A stretch of DNA of 64,000 bases from Candidatus Omnitrophota bacterium (GCA_015233195.1 JADFYE010000001.1:83583-147582), one strand, 5' to 3'; positions 8,799-19,074 are shown, counted from the stretch's first letter. Notes: a model not told the origin generated them from the sequence alone. Made by a program: numbers and translations.

Positions 8799-9514
8799 TC
8801 GAAATCTCCGGATTGTATAAAACTTTTGGCAGCCAGAAAGTATTAGACGGAATAAGTTTGGAAGTTCCTAAAGGCGAGATATTGGTTATATTAGGTCAGA
8901 GCGGTACTGGCAAGAGTGTATTGTTAAAGCATATAATCGGATTGTTAAAGCCGGATGCGGGTAATGTGAAACTTAATGGCGTGGACGTATCAAATTTATC
9001 CGAAAAAGCTTTACTGCCAGTCAGAAAGAAAATTGGATATCTGTTTCAGGATGGGGCGCTTTATGATTTCATGAGTGTTTTTGATAATGTGGCGTTCCCT
9101 TTGTTAGAACATACCAAGTTTTCTTTTAAGGAAGTACAGAATAAAGTAATGGCAACTTTGGAAAGTTTAGATTTGCATGATGTGGTTGTGAAATTCCCGT
9201 CGGAGTTAAGCGGCGGCATGCGTAAACGGGTGGCATTAGCTCGGGCGATAATTTTGGATATAGAGATATTGTTGTGTGATGAGCCTACGTCTGGTTTAGA
9301 TCCGATACGCAGTCGGGATATTTCAGAGGTGATACATCAGGTATCGCGTAAATTAGGTTGTACCACAGTTATTGCGTCGCATGATATTGCGAATTCGTGC
9401 CGTATAGGAGATAGAATCGCGTTATTAAACGACGGAAAAATAGCGGCTTTAGGCAGCGCTAAAGAATTGCAGGCGTCAAACGATCCATTTGTAAAAGAAT
9501 TCATGAAAGTATAG
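8795..9514 (+). CDS. mlaF: ABC transporter ATP-binding protein (MlaF-like)
   Basis: Walker A 'GQSGTGKS', signature 'LSGGMRKR' and Walker B 'LLCDEPTSGLD'. Confidence 0.88.
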   Translation: MIEISGLYKTFGSQKVLDGISLEVPKGEILVILGQSGTGKSVLLKHIIGLLKPDAGNVKLNGVDVSNLSEKALLPVRKKIGYLFQDGALYDFMSVFDNVAFPLLEHTKFSFKEVQNKVMATLESLDLHDVVVKFPSELSGGMRKRVALARAIILDIEILLCDEPTSGLDPIRSRDISEVIHQVSRKLGCTTVIASHDIANSCRIGDRIALLNDGKIAALGSAKELQASNDPFVKEFMKV

Positions 9515-9522
9515 GAAAATAT

Positions 9523-10221
9523 ATGTCGAAAGAGATTAATTACGCGGATTTACAAAATCGGGAGCAGCGGAAATATTTTACTGCCGGATTATTCTTTGCA
9601 GTCGGATTGATTTTGTTGATAAGTTTTATATTTACGATCGGAAGCAATAAAGGATTTACCCAACGTAAATTTCATGTAAGTATTCTTTTCCGGGAAGTGG
9701 GCGGTTTGAATGAAGGCGCACCAGTAAGGTTGCTGGGCGTGACTGTTGGAAGCGTGTCGAATATAGAATTTTTAGATAAAGATGTTATGGGCAGGCGGGT
9801 GAGGGTTGATTTGGCGATTTTTAATAAATATCGTAAACAGTTAAGCCAGAGTGTATCTTTTTCCATTGAAACTGAAGGTATATTGGGGGAGAAATTGGTT
9901 GAGATATCAAGTTTGGATGGCGCGCCGATTCCTGATTTAAGTAAAATGATTATTGGAAAAGATCCTTTTGAGGTGCAGGATTTGGCTACAGTTTTTGCGG
10001 ATGCTGCTGCGTCTTTTACTGAAACTGCTAAAGGGTTAAGTGAAATAGATACTAAAGGTCTGGCTGATGTTATGATGGAAAGTTCCCGGGCGCTGTTAAT
10101 TACATCCAATGGTTTGAATGAAACTATGGGGGATTTGAAAGAGGCGGCTAAAAAGACTAACCGGTTATTGGATCGGGTGGAACAGAAAATTATAGACGGA
10201 AGCTTATTTAAAGTATTTTAA
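9523..10221 (+). CDS. mlaD: MlaD/MCE-domain protein
   Basis: An N-terminal TM is followed by 'GLNEGAPVRLLGVTVGSV', the MCE-domain core. Confidence 0.8.
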   Translation: MSKEINYADLQNREQRKYFTAGLFFAVGLILLISFIFTIGSNKGFTQRKFHVSILFREVGGLNEGAPVRLLGVTVGSVSNIEFLDKDVMGRRVRVDLAIFNKYRKQLSQSVSFSIETEGILGEKLVEISSLDGAPIPDLSKMIIGKDPFEVQDLATVFADAAASFTETAKGLSEIDTKGLADVMMESSRALLITSNGLNETMGDLKEAAKKTNRLLDRVEQKIIDGSLFKVF

Positions 10222-10233
10222 CAAAGGAGAATT

Positions 10234-10548
10234 ATGGGCGCTGATGTGCTTGGTAATTTTATACTTGCTTTCACAAAAGTTTTAGAGGTTTTGTTGAGCA
10301 TAGCCTATTGGTTGATATTGATCCGGGCTTTAATTAGTTGGGTATCTCCGGATCCGTTTAATCCTATAGTCCAATTTTTATATCAGACCACTGAGCCAAT
10401 TCTGGTGCCAATACGCCGGATGTTACCAATGATGAGCATTGATTTATCGCCGATAATTGCATTTATTTTAATCTTGTTTGTTAAAGAATTTTTGGTTAGA
10501 ACTTTATTTGAATTTGGCATGAAAATAAAATTAGGGGCAAATGTGTGA
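10234..10548 (+). CDS. YggT-family membrane protein
   Basis: 'LILIRALISWVSPDPFNPIVQFLYQTTEPILVPIRR' is the YggT signature. Confidence 0.75.
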   Translation: MGADVLGNFILAFTKVLEVLLSIAYWLILIRALISWVSPDPFNPIVQFLYQTTEPILVPIRRMLPMMSIDLSPIIAFILILFVKEFLVRTLFEFGMKIKLGANV

Positions 10549-12002
10549 TAGATATATTGCCGATCTTTTTTTCAATTTTTTTAGCCGGCATTGTTTCTTT
10601 GCTTTTGGAATTATCGCTCCTCCGAGAATTTGTTTATGTTTTTGGATGTACTGCAGCAACCAATGCTTACATTATTTCAATATTTTTATTGGGTTTAGTG
10701 GCAGGCGCTTACCTAGGCACATTTAATTATCTGAAAGAATGGTTAGATAAAAATCCCCGTAAATGGTTTGCTTTAATACAGCAGCTCAGTATTCTGTTCA
10801 TTTTATTATTTTTTATCACTAAAAAACATTTGATCTATGACATTGATGGTAAAAATATTGTCAGAATTTATTTTTTTATTTGTGTGCTTACCCCGTCGTT
10901 ATTAGCAGGTTTGGCTTACGCGTTAAGTGTTAAAATAATGCATATCCGAGGTGAAAAAGCCATAACTTATATTTATGCGGTGAGTACTTTGGGCAGCGTT
11001 TTGGGAGGATTGGCGCATGGCATGTGGTTGGTACCGACTTGGGGTATGACCTCGACTTATATGGTTGCAGTTGTGTGCGCAGGGTTGGCTATTTTATTTA
11101 TTATTCCTAAAACACATTGGGTATGGAAAGTTTTACTGATATTACAAATTGTATTGATTTTGTGGGTTATGCAGATTAAGCCTTTTAAGAAATGGTTTGA
11201 AAATAAAAATGTGGTTTTTAGTCAAGACAGTCAATTCGGTATAGTTGAGGTATGGAAGTTGACGCCAAAGTTGGTAACATTTCATAATGAAAGGATTTTT
11301 GGGAAGAGTAAAGATATTAGAGCAGATGAAACCTATGTTGATTTTAAGATCAATAAAGTACATCAAAGTTATAATTTTTTGGTTGATCGGTTAATACATG
11401 AAGATTGGGCGAAGTCGAGCTTGGCAGTGGTTAAACATCCGGCGAAAATTTTATTATTTGGATATGCAAGCGGAGTAACTGCTGCGGCTTATTTAAATTC
11501 TCCTCAGACCGAAGGTATATATATCGTAGAGAATTGTGGACCAATTGTTGAGGCGGGTAAAAGATTTTTTCCTAAAGAATACGTTAAAGTAATGCGAGAT
11601 CCCAGGGCGCATATGATAATTGATGATTTCAGAGGGTATTTACGTTTTACGAAAGAAAAATTTGATATTGTGGCAATTGATCATAGTTTGCAGGATCCAT
11701 ATTCCAGCGGTTTTTTTACAGTTGATTTTTTTGAATTATTGAAAAAGAAAATGAACCCTGATGGTTTAGTGATTTTGATAGGAGATGGTTTGTCGGGGAA
11801 GACTACGCGGGTATCATTTAAATATATTTATCGAAATATTGATCCAAATATTCAAAGGCATGTTAGAGAAAATTGTTTATACATGTCAGATCAGCCGATT
11901 GGTGAATGGGCGGCAAAAGACTATGCTGTAGTTGACCGTATTGCAGATAATAAAGAGCTGGTGTTTTATGATGACCGGGTGGAGCGAAAGAAAAGTGAAT
12001 GA
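10545..12002 (+). CDS. membrane-fused spermidine-synthase-like (class I SAM-MTase fold) protein
   Basis: An N-terminal region of about 200 aa is polytopic. It is followed by an MTase-like fold ('ILLFGYASGVTA', 'FDIVAIDHSLQDP'). GTG start. Confidence 0.6.
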   Translation: MIDILPIFFSIFLAGIVSLLLELSLLREFVYVFGCTAATNAYIISIFLLGLVAGAYLGTFNYLKEWLDKNPRKWFALIQQLSILFILLFFITKKHLIYDIDGKNIVRIYFFICVLTPSLLAGLAYALSVKIMHIRGEKAITYIYAVSTLGSVLGGLAHGMWLVPTWGMTSTYMVAVVCAGLAILFIIPKTHWVWKVLLILQIVLILWVMQIKPFKKWFENKNVVFSQDSQFGIVEVWKLTPKLVTFHNERIFGKSKDIRADETYVDFKINKVHQSYNFLVDRLIHEDWAKSSLAVVKHPAKILLFGYASGVTAAAYLNSPQTEGIYIVENCGPIVEAGKRFFPKEYVKVMRDPRAHMIIDDFRGYLRFTKEKFDIVAIDHSLQDPYSSGFFTVDFFELLKKKMNPDGLVILIGDGLSGKTTRVSFKYIYRNIDPNIQRHVRENCLYMSDQPIGEWAAKDYAVVDRIADNKELVFYDDRVERKKSE

Positions 12003-12020
12003 TATGTTTTATGACATATA

Positions 12021-12049
12021 TTGACAAATAAGTTTTTTCGGAGTAATGT
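12021..12049 (+). promoter_or_regulatory. putative sigma70-type promoter (TTGACA-17-TAATGT) upstream of kdpA
   Basis: TTGACA at 12021-12026, a 17-nt spacer, then TAATGT at 12044-12049. Confidence 0.4.
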
Positions 12050-12081
12050 TTATTTAACTCCGTCAGCGTGGATGGAGTTTG

Positions 12082-12112
12082 AAACCAGAGCGAGCTCTCT
12101 GGTTTTTTCTTT
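12082..12112 (+). terminator. intrinsic-terminator-like hairpin with U-tract in the kdp leader
   Basis: AAACCAGAG-cgagct-CTCTGGTTT is followed by TTTTCTTTTT. It ends 2 nt before the kdpA RBS (AAGGAGG). Confidence 0.55.
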
Positions 12113-12129
12113 TTATAAGGAGGTTGCTG

Positions 12130-13833
12130 ATGACGAATAGTTTTTTTGAAATATGCGTGTCGATGGTTTTGCTTATTTTGCTTTCAATTCCGTTAGGCAA
12201 ATACTTGGCGCATATATACAGCGGTAAAATCGTTTGGTTAATGCGTTGGATGTCGCCGGTGGAGAGATTTATTTATAAACTTTTCAGCGTTAACGACTCT
12301 GAAGAGATGTCTTGGAAGGTTTATATAAGAGACTTCCTTATATTTAATATCTGGGGGATAGTCATTCTTTTTTTTATTCAAGTATTTCAAAACCATCTGC
12401 CTTTAAATCCTCAACATTTACCTGGTCTGTCCTGGGATTTAGCGCTTAATACTGCGGTGTCTTTTGTTACTAATACGAACTGGCAGTCGTATGGAGGTGA
12501 AACAACCATGAGTTATTTCACCCAGATGTTTGGGCTCACTGTTCAGAATTTTGTTTCAGCAGCCGCAGGTATGGCTGCTTGCGCGGCATTTTTGAGAGGG
12601 TTTGTCAGGCATTCTACGGAAATGATCGGTAATTTTTGGGTTGACCTAACTCGCAGTGTTTTGTATGTGCTTTTACCATTAGCAATTATTTTCGCTTTGT
12701 TTCTGGTTTCACAAGGAGTGGTTCAGACATTTAAACCTTATGTGAATGTACAGACGCTGGAAGGACAGAGCCAGTCTATCGCGGTTGGACCTGCAGCAGC
12801 ACAAATATCTATTAAACAAATCGGATCCAATGGCGGTGGATTTTTTAATGTCAATTCCGCGCATCCGTTCGAAAATCCTACTCCGCTGTCAAATTTTCTT
12901 GAGACTATGGCAATTCTTTTAATTCCTTTCGCGTTTCCTATATTTCTGGGCGAATTTCTTAATAAACGAAAAGAAGGCTGGGCTGTTTTTATTGCCATGC
13001 TGATATTGTTCGTTGCCGGGCTGGGTTTAGCTTTGTCGTCTGAAATGAGAGGGAATCCCATCCTTAAAAATTCAGGTGTTCACTGCGGTATTAATATGGA
13101 AGGAAAAGAAGTCCGTTTTGGAGTGATTCCTTCGGTTTATTGGGAAGCTGCTACAACAGCGACTTCGAACGGCAGTGTAAATGCTATGCACGATAGTTTT
13201 ACGCCTATTTCCGGGCTGGTGGCAATGTTTAATATTGCTATTGGAGAAGTTATTTTCGGCGGTGTAGGCGTGGGACTTATAGGGATGATGTTTTACGCTA
13301 TTCTTGCGCTTTTTATTATTGGTTTAATGATTGGGCGCACTCCTGAACTTTACAACAAGAAACTCGGTGAATCTGAAATGAGCATGACTGTTATCGCGAT
13401 TGTTCTGCCATGTGTAACGCTTTTGGCACTAACGGCTATTGCTGTAGCGTTGCCGGTTGGTCTGGCAGGTTTAAACAATTCTGGACCGCATGGATTTTCA
13501 GAAATTTTTTACGCTTACGCCTCTGGTGTAGGTAATAATGGTTCAGCGTTTGCCGGTCTGACTGCTAATACTCCGTTTTATAATTTGACGCTTACATTGG
13601 CTATGCTAATCGGGAGGTTTGCCACTATAGTTCCGGCGCTGGTGATAGCTGGAAGTCTGGCGCAGAAAAAAATGTCGCCTGAGAATCGAGCTACACTTCC
13701 GACCGCGAGTCCGGTGTTTGTGGGTATTCTTTGCGCAACTGTTATTGTAATTGGCGCGCTGACATTTTTTCCGGCAGTTACCATTGGTCCGGTATTAGAA
13801 CATTTTCAAATGACGGCAGGAAAATTATTCTAG
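12130..13833 (+). CDS. kdpA: potassium-transporting ATPase subunit KdpA
   Basis: Polytopic, with 'NTNWQSYGGE' and 'GSNGGGFF', which are KdpA selectivity-filter-like motifs. The ATG at 12130 follows AAGGAGG, and the N-terminus aligns with canonical KdpA. Confidence 0.92.
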   Translation: MTNSFFEICVSMVLLILLSIPLGKYLAHIYSGKIVWLMRWMSPVERFIYKLFSVNDSEEMSWKVYIRDFLIFNIWGIVILFFIQVFQNHLPLNPQHLPGLSWDLALNTAVSFVTNTNWQSYGGETTMSYFTQMFGLTVQNFVSAAAGMAACAAFLRGFVRHSTEMIGNFWVDLTRSVLYVLLPLAIIFALFLVSQGVVQTFKPYVNVQTLEGQSQSIAVGPAAAQISIKQIGSNGGGFFNVNSAHPFENPTPLSNFLETMAILLIPFAFPIFLGEFLNKRKEGWAVFIAMLILFVAGLGLALSSEMRGNPILKNSGVHCGINMEGKEVRFGVIPSVYWEAATTATSNGSVNAMHDSFTPISGLVAMFNIAIGEVIFGGVGVGLIGMMFYAILALFIIGLMIGRTPELYNKKLGESEMSMTVIAIVLPCVTLLALTAIAVALPVGLAGLNNSGPHGFSEIFYAYASGVGNNGSAFAGLTANTPFYNLTLTLAMLIGRFATIVPALVIAGSLAQKKMSPENRATLPTASPVFVGILCATVIVIGALTFFPAVTIGPVLEHFQMTAGKLF

Positions 13834-13842
13834 GAGAAATAT

Positions 13843-15879
13843 ATGGGTGACAAAAATATTTCGTTATGGCAGAAAACCATAATTATAAACGCAGTCGTTG
13901 GAGCGTTAAAAAAATTGGATCCGCGGAGTTTATGGGAAAGCCCGGTGATGTTTCTGGTTGCTGTTGGCGCAGTGGTGACCACAGTTATGGCGGTTATTTA
14001 CGCGGCGCATGGTCAGAACGCGGGATTTGAATTTCACATTTCGCTTTGGTTGTGGTTTACGGTTTTGTTCGCGAATTTTTCCGCTGCCATTGCTGAAGGC
14101 AGAGGTAAAGCACAGGCGGAAAGCCTTAAACGGTCGAGGGAGACAGCGTCAGCAAAACGTATAAATAAAGACGGCAGTATTGAAATAGTAGCGGCATTGG
14201 ATTTGAGAAAAGGCGATCTGATCAGCATTGAAGATAATGATATTATTTCCGGGGACGGTGAGATTGTAGAAGGGACGGCGCTAATCAATGAGTCTGCGGT
14301 TACTGGTGAATCTGCTCCAGTTATCCGTGAATCTGGAGGCGACCGCTCAGGGGTTACTGCTGGTACAAAGATTTTATCCGGAAAAGTTAAAGTCCGGATT
14401 ACCGCTGATCCGGGTAAGACCTTTATTGATCAGATGATAGCTATGGTCGAGGGCGCGGAACGGAAAAAAACTCCGAATGAAGTCGCGTTGGAAATTTTGA
14501 TCATTGGTCTGACTGTAGTATTTTTAATTGTGGTTATTACTTTTCCGTTTTTTGCAAAGTATGTCCAGGTTGACGTGTCAATTGTGGTTTTGGTTTCACT
14601 TTTAGTTTGTCTTATTCCGACGACGATAGGCGGTTTGCTTCCGGCGATCGGCATCGCGGGTATGGACCGGCTGCTTAGGATGAACGTAATTGCTTTAAGC
14701 GGTCGCGCAGTTGAAGCTTCAGGCGACGTGGATGTTGTGCTTTTAGACAAAACCGGAACGCTGACGCTGGGGAACAGAATGGCTACAAAATTTTTTCCTG
14801 CGCCTCAAGTAACGGAAAAAGAATTGGCTGAAGCCGCGTTATATTCGTCGCTGGCAGATGAGACGCCTGAAGGCCGCAGTATTATTACCTTAGCCAAAGA
14901 ACGGCTGGGAATTCATGGTACAGACATTACTCCACCGGAAAATTCAGTGTTTATTCCTTTTAGTGCGCAGAACCGGATGAGCGGTGTGGATATGCGGGGG
15001 CAGCGTATCCGCAAAGGCGCTGAAGATTCCATCGCACAATTTGTTAAAGAAAATAGCGGCGAGGTTAAACCCGAGGTTTCTCAAATTATTGAACAAATTT
15101 CTTTTGAAGGCGGGACTCCGCTGGTGGTAGCTGATAATGGCAGAGTGCTGGGGGTGGTTCAATTAAAAGATATTATTAAAAAAGGGATTAATGAACGGAT
15201 CGGACAGTTGAGGAAAATGGGAATTCAGTCAGTAATGATAACCGGCGATAACCAATTGACTGCTGCGGCTATTGCCGCGGAAGCTGGTTTGGATGATTTT
15301 TTTGCTCAGGCGAGACCAGAGAAGAAATTGGAATTGATCAGGAAATATCAGTCGCAAGGATATCTGGTAGCTATGATTGGCGACGGAACCAATGACGCGC
15401 CTGCTTTGGCGCAAGCGGATGTGGCAGTTGCAATGAACGCCGGAACTCAAGTCGCGCGGGAAGCAGCAAACATGGTTGATTTGGACTCCAACCCTACAAA
15501 ACTTTTAGATATCGTCGAGATCGGAAAACAAATATTAATAACCCGGGGGGCGTTAACCACATTTAGTATTGCCAACGACGTGGCAAAGTATTTCGCGATT
15601 ATTCCCGCAGTGTTTATTGCTCAATATCCGGCTTTGCAGATTCTTAATATTATGCATTTGACGAATGCTAAAAGCGCGGTGTTATCAGCTGTAATTTTTA
15701 ACGCGCTGATTATTCCGGCGCTGATCCCGTTGGCGTTGCGCGGGGTGCGTTATAAACCAGTATCCCCGACGGAATTGTTGTATAGGAATTTACTGATTTA
15801 CGGCGCGGGCGGGATAATCCTGCCGTTTATCGGAATCAAGATCATTGATATGTTGTTGAATTTGTTACATTTAATTTAA
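13843..15879 (+). CDS. kdpB: potassium-transporting P-type ATPase subunit KdpB
   Basis: Phosphorylation site 'DKTGTLT', plus 'MITGDN' and '[15 protein letters not shown]'. Confidence 0.95.
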   Translation: MGDKNISLWQKTIIINAVVGALKKLDPRSLWESPVMFLVAVGAVVTTVMAVIYAAHGQNAGFEFHISLWLWFTVLFANFSAAIAEGRGKAQAESLKRSRETASAKRINKDGSIEIVAALDLRKGDLISIEDNDIISGDGEIVEGTALINESAVTGESAPVIRESGGDRSGVTAGTKILSGKVKVRITADPGKTFIDQMIAMVEGAERKKTPNEVALEILIIGLTVVFLIVVITFPFFAKYVQVDVSIVVLVSLLVCLIPTTIGGLLPAIGIAGMDRLLRMNVIALSGRAVEASGDVDVVLLDKTGTLTLGNRMATKFFPAPQVTEKELAEAALYSSLADETPEGRSIITLAKERLGIHGTDITPPENSVFIPFSAQNRMSGVDMRGQRIRKGAEDSIAQFVKENSGEVKPEVSQIIEQISFEGGTPLVVADNGRVLGVVQLKDIIKKGINERIGQLRKMGIQSVMITGDNQLTAAAIAAEAGLDDFFAQARPEKKLELIRKYQSQGYLVAMIGDGTNDAPALAQADVAVAMNAGTQVAREAANMVDLDSNPTKLLDIVEIGKQILITRGALTTFSIANDVAKYFAIIPAVFIAQYPALQILNIMHLTNAKSAVLSAVIFNALIIPALIPLALRGVRYKPVSPTELLYRNLLIYGAGGIILPFIGIKIIDMLLNLLHLI

Positions 15880-15889
15880 GGGGTGCTAA

Positions 15890-16471
15890 ATGTTTAAAAT
15901 TATTTTTAGACCTTTGTTGGTTTTGTTGTTCTTCTCTGTTTTGACCGGAGCAGTATACCCGTTGTTGATAACTGGATTGAGTCAAACCTTATTCCCTCGA
16001 CAGGCAAATGGGAGTATTATAATAAAAGATGGTAAACCAATTGGATCTGAATTAATTGCTCAGCCGTTCACTCAAAACAAATATTTTCATGGACGTCCTT
16101 CAGCAGTTTATCAGACCACAGCGAATTCCAGCGGCAGTAATTATGGACCTACCAGCGTGAAATTAATGGATTTAGTCAAGGAGCGGGTAGCCGCAGTAAC
16201 CCGAACAAATCCGTCGGCAGATATCAAAAATATTCCTGCTGATTTGGTATTGGCATCAGCCAGCGGACTTGATCCGCATATTAGTCCAGAAGCGGCATTG
16301 TTGCAGGTTGAACGTATAGTGCAAGCGAGAAATATTTCGAAGGAGCTCATCATTAAAATTATAAATGAAAATATAGAATCACAGCAAGCTGGTTTTTTGG
16401 GAGCAGACCGGGTTAATGTTTTGAAACTTAATTTGGCTATAGACGCGATTATGGAGGCAAAACATGAATGA
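15890..16471 (+). CDS. kdpC: potassium-transporting ATPase subunit KdpC
   Basis: Single N-terminal TM, with 'FHGRPSA', 'SGSNYGPT' and 'ASGLDPHISP', the KdpC signatures. Confidence 0.9.
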   Translation: MFKIIFRPLLVLLFFSVLTGAVYPLLITGLSQTLFPRQANGSIIIKDGKPIGSELIAQPFTQNKYFHGRPSAVYQTTANSSGSNYGPTSVKLMDLVKERVAAVTRTNPSADIKNIPADLVLASASGLDPHISPEAALLQVERIVQARNISKELIIKIINENIESQQAGFLGADRVNVLKLNLAIDAIMEAKHE

Positions 16472-18377
16472 TGAAATTTCCCGCCCAGATCCGGACGCAT
16501 TATTGAAATTGACCGATGATGCTGAAAACAAGCGCGGTAAGTTGACGATCTTTTTCGGCGCTGCGCCGGGCGTTGGAAAAACTTATGCCATGCTTCAGGA
16601 AGCGCAGAATCAAAAAAAAGAAGGCGTTGATATTGTGGTCGGTTATGTTGAGCCGCATAAACGCAAGGACACTGAAGATTTGCTGCAGGGGTTATCTCTG
16701 GTACCGGTTCTGAAAGTTAATTATAAAGATCTTCAATTGGCTGAAACTGATGTTGACGCTATTATCCGCCGCCGTCCTAAAATTGTTCTGGTAGATGAAT
16801 TGGCTCATACCAATGCTCCAGGGTCAAGGCATGATAAGCGTTATCAAGATGTCGAAGAGATTTTGCAGGCAGGAGTTGATGTTTATACCACATTTAATGT
16901 CCAGCATTTGGAAAGCTTGAATGATGTGGTGTTTGGTATTACTGGTATTCATGTAAAAGAAACTGTGCCGGATAAAGTGTTTTTTGAAGCGGATGAGGTA
17001 AAAATTATTGATTTGCCTCCTAATGCTTTGCTAAAACGATTGTCTGAAGGAAAAGTTTATTTAGGCGAGATGGCTCAGCGCGCGGTCGAGAAATTTTTTA
17101 CTGCCGGAAACTTGACTGCTTTACGCGAGTTGGCATTACGCTGCATAGCTACCCGGGTTGATAAAGATGTGGACGTTTATAGAAAACTTAAAGCGGTTAG
17201 AGAACCTTGGCCAGTAGCGGATAAAATTTTAGTTTGTTTATTTTCCAGCCCTTCGGCTGAACATCTGGTACGTTCTGCATTCAGATTCGCTTCAGAACTT
17301 AATGCCCGCTGGGTTGCTTTGCACGTTGCCACAGAAAATGACATAGCTATGACTGAGCAGGAAAAACTGTGGCTTAACAAAGCTTCGGATTTGGCTAAGG
17401 AGCTGGGTGCTGAGATGGTTTCTATTAAAGGTATTAATGCCGCTAATGAAATTATACGGTTTGCGCAGGATCATAATATTACTAAGATTGTTTTGGGCAA
17501 GCCTAACCATCTTAGAAATAGTTTATTTTTTGCGTGGAAAATGATTAAAGAGACCAGAGGTATTGATATATTTTGGTTTTCGCATGAATTTAAAAAAGGG
17601 GTTTTCTTCGAGAAAAGTAAATTGAATCAGTGGAGCGGCGTTTTATTTGGTATCTTTTGGGTAGGCGCTGCAGCGATCGGCGGACATTTCCTCAGGGATT
17701 ATTTGAGTGAAACGAATATGTTGTTTTTGATGCTTTTGCCGGTTGTGGTGGTGGCATTGAAGTTCAACCGCAGGTCAGCGATTGCTTCCTCGGCGTTTAG
17801 TGTGATCTTGTTTGATTATCTTTTTGTCAAACCGTATTACACTTTTGCGATTTCAGATTTTCAATATTTTCTTTCTTTTGTGGCTTTTGCCGCAATTGCT
17901 TTTGGTTTGAGCAGTTTGGCTTCGCAGTTGAGGTTTCAGATCCGGGCATTAAGATTTAGTGAGGCTCAGAGCGCCGCGCTTTATAATGTTACCAGCGACT
18001 TGCTGGTGGCACGGACAGTAGATCAGATCGTAGAGGTTATGTTAAATAATATTCGCAGAATATTACCGTGTGAAGCTGGTGTTTTTATTTTTGAAGAGGG
18101 GCGGGGTATAATCGCGCAAAAACGGAGTCCGGGTTTTATTTTTGATGATAAAGAAGAAGCTGTGGTTTTATGGGTTCAAAAAAATGCTCAGCCTGCTGGA
18201 CCTGGAACCAAGACTTTACGTGAAGCTAAAGCTATTTATTTACCGGTAAGTCGTGAGAAATATGTTGAGTGTGTGATTGGTATTAAATTACTTCAAGGCG
18301 GCGCATTGACTACGGAGCAACAGACCTTGTTAGGGGCTGTAGGCAGGGTTGGAATTTTTGTTTTGAAAAAGGTGTAG
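16464..18377 (+). CDS. kdpD: KdpD-like sensor lacking the histidine-kinase transmitter (KdpD N-domain + USP + 4 TM + GAF-like)
   Basis: 'GKLTIFFGAAPGVGKTYAM' is the KdpD N-terminal P-loop. A USP-like region, four TM helices and a GAF-like C-terminus follow. The ORF ends at 637 aa with no H-box or HATPase motifs. Confidence 0.8.
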   Translation: MNDEISRPDPDALLKLTDDAENKRGKLTIFFGAAPGVGKTYAMLQEAQNQKKEGVDIVVGYVEPHKRKDTEDLLQGLSLVPVLKVNYKDLQLAETDVDAIIRRRPKIVLVDELAHTNAPGSRHDKRYQDVEEILQAGVDVYTTFNVQHLESLNDVVFGITGIHVKETVPDKVFFEADEVKIIDLPPNALLKRLSEGKVYLGEMAQRAVEKFFTAGNLTALRELALRCIATRVDKDVDVYRKLKAVREPWPVADKILVCLFSSPSAEHLVRSAFRFASELNARWVALHVATENDIAMTEQEKLWLNKASDLAKELGAEMVSIKGINAANEIIRFAQDHNITKIVLGKPNHLRNSLFFAWKMIKETRGIDIFWFSHEFKKGVFFEKSKLNQWSGVLFGIFWVGAAAIGGHFLRDYLSETNMLFLMLLPVVVVALKFNRRSAIASSAFSVILFDYLFVKPYYTFAISDFQYFLSFVAFAAIAFGLSSLASQLRFQIRALRFSEAQSAALYNVTSDLLVARTVDQIVEVMLNNIRRILPCEAGVFIFEEGRGIIAQKRSPGFIFDDKEEAVVLWVQKNAQPAGPGTKTLREAKAIYLPVSREKYVECVIGIKLLQGGALTTEQQTLLGAVGRVGIFVLKKV

Positions 18378-18473
18378 GCGGGTACTGATTGGCTTGTGTA
18401 ATAATTTACTTGCAAAATATTAATATAAAGTATAAGATTTCTTCATTATTTACATTAGATATATAAGGAGTAA

Positions 18474-18767
18474 GTGATGTTTGGAAAAATGAAAGAATTG
18501 ATGGAGATGAAAAATCAGGCTGACAAGATCAAACGTGAGCTTGAAGCTACTGATGTAGAATGTGAAGAGGTTCGCGGTATCAAGATCACTATGAACGGTG
18601 CTCAAGCGATCAAAGCGATTGATATTGATCCGATGATGTTAGGCGAGAAGAATAAAGAAAAACTTCAAAAAGATTTGATGCGCAGTTTTAATGGCGCGGT
18701 TAAAAAATCACAAACTGTAGCGGCTACGAAGATGCGTGCTCTTATGCCGGGACTTCCAGGATTTTAA
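18474..18767 (+). CDS. ybaB: YbaB/EbfC-family nucleoid-associated protein
   Basis: 'MKELMEMKNQADKIKRELE...V..G.KITMNGAQAIKAIDIDP' shows the typical YbaB layout. The start could instead be the ATG at 18477. Confidence 0.8.
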   Translation: MMFGKMKELMEMKNQADKIKRELEATDVECEEVRGIKITMNGAQAIKAIDIDPMMLGEKNKEKLQKDLMRSFNGAVKKSQTVAATKMRALMPGLPGF

Positions 18768-18799
18768 GCATATTTTATTAATAAAAAAGGAGAAAAAGA

Positions 18800-19033
18800 A
18801 TGCCTTACGAACAAGCTAAAGATGTGTCAGTTTATAAAGAAACTATTGAAATGGGCGATACCCGCGTAACTGTCGGGGTTTTTTCGTATAATGAGGGAGC
18901 TAAAAAATTACAATTATCCCGTGAAAACCAAACTGCAGAAGGCGAATGGCGTTTTGCTAAATTAGGTCGTATGACCAAAGATGAAACCGAAGCAGTTTTA
19001 CCTTTGATGCAAAAAGCTATAGGGCAAATGTAA
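18800..19033 (+). CDS. hypothetical small protein (77 aa; possibly PC4/YdbC-like ssDNA-binding fold)
   Basis: A good RBS (AAAGGAG) precedes the ORF. The PC4/YdbC resemblance is a weak pattern impression only. Confidence 0.45.
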   Translation: MPYEQAKDVSVYKETIEMGDTRVTVGVFSYNEGAKKLQLSRENQTAEGEWRFAKLGRMTKDETEAVLPLMQKAIGQM

Positions 19034-19074
19034 TTTTGTAGGGTTACGATATTTCGTGACTGTGAATTTATCTC

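Noticed and set aside
10541-10726. A 61-aa ORF overlapping the start of the spermidine-synthase-like gene in another frame.
   Set aside because: It is an out-of-frame overlap with a longer hydrophobic ORF whose TM pattern is coherent. There is no independent RBS.
12079-12129. TTG-initiated 17-codon N-terminal extension of kdpA given by the ORF track.
   Set aside because: It reads through the leader terminator hairpin. The ATG at 12130 has a strong AAGGAGG RBS and gives the canonical KdpA N-terminus. No separate kdpF-like hydrophobic mini-ORF was found either.
12050-12129. Possible c-di-AMP (ydaO/kimA-class) or other known riboswitch in the kdp leader.
   Set aside because: The leader is only about 75 nt with two simple hairpins. 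That is far shorter than the pseudo-symmetric ydaO fold of over 100 nt, and I could not see its conserved ACGGGG/CCCA-type segments. It is kept only as a generic attenuator candidate.
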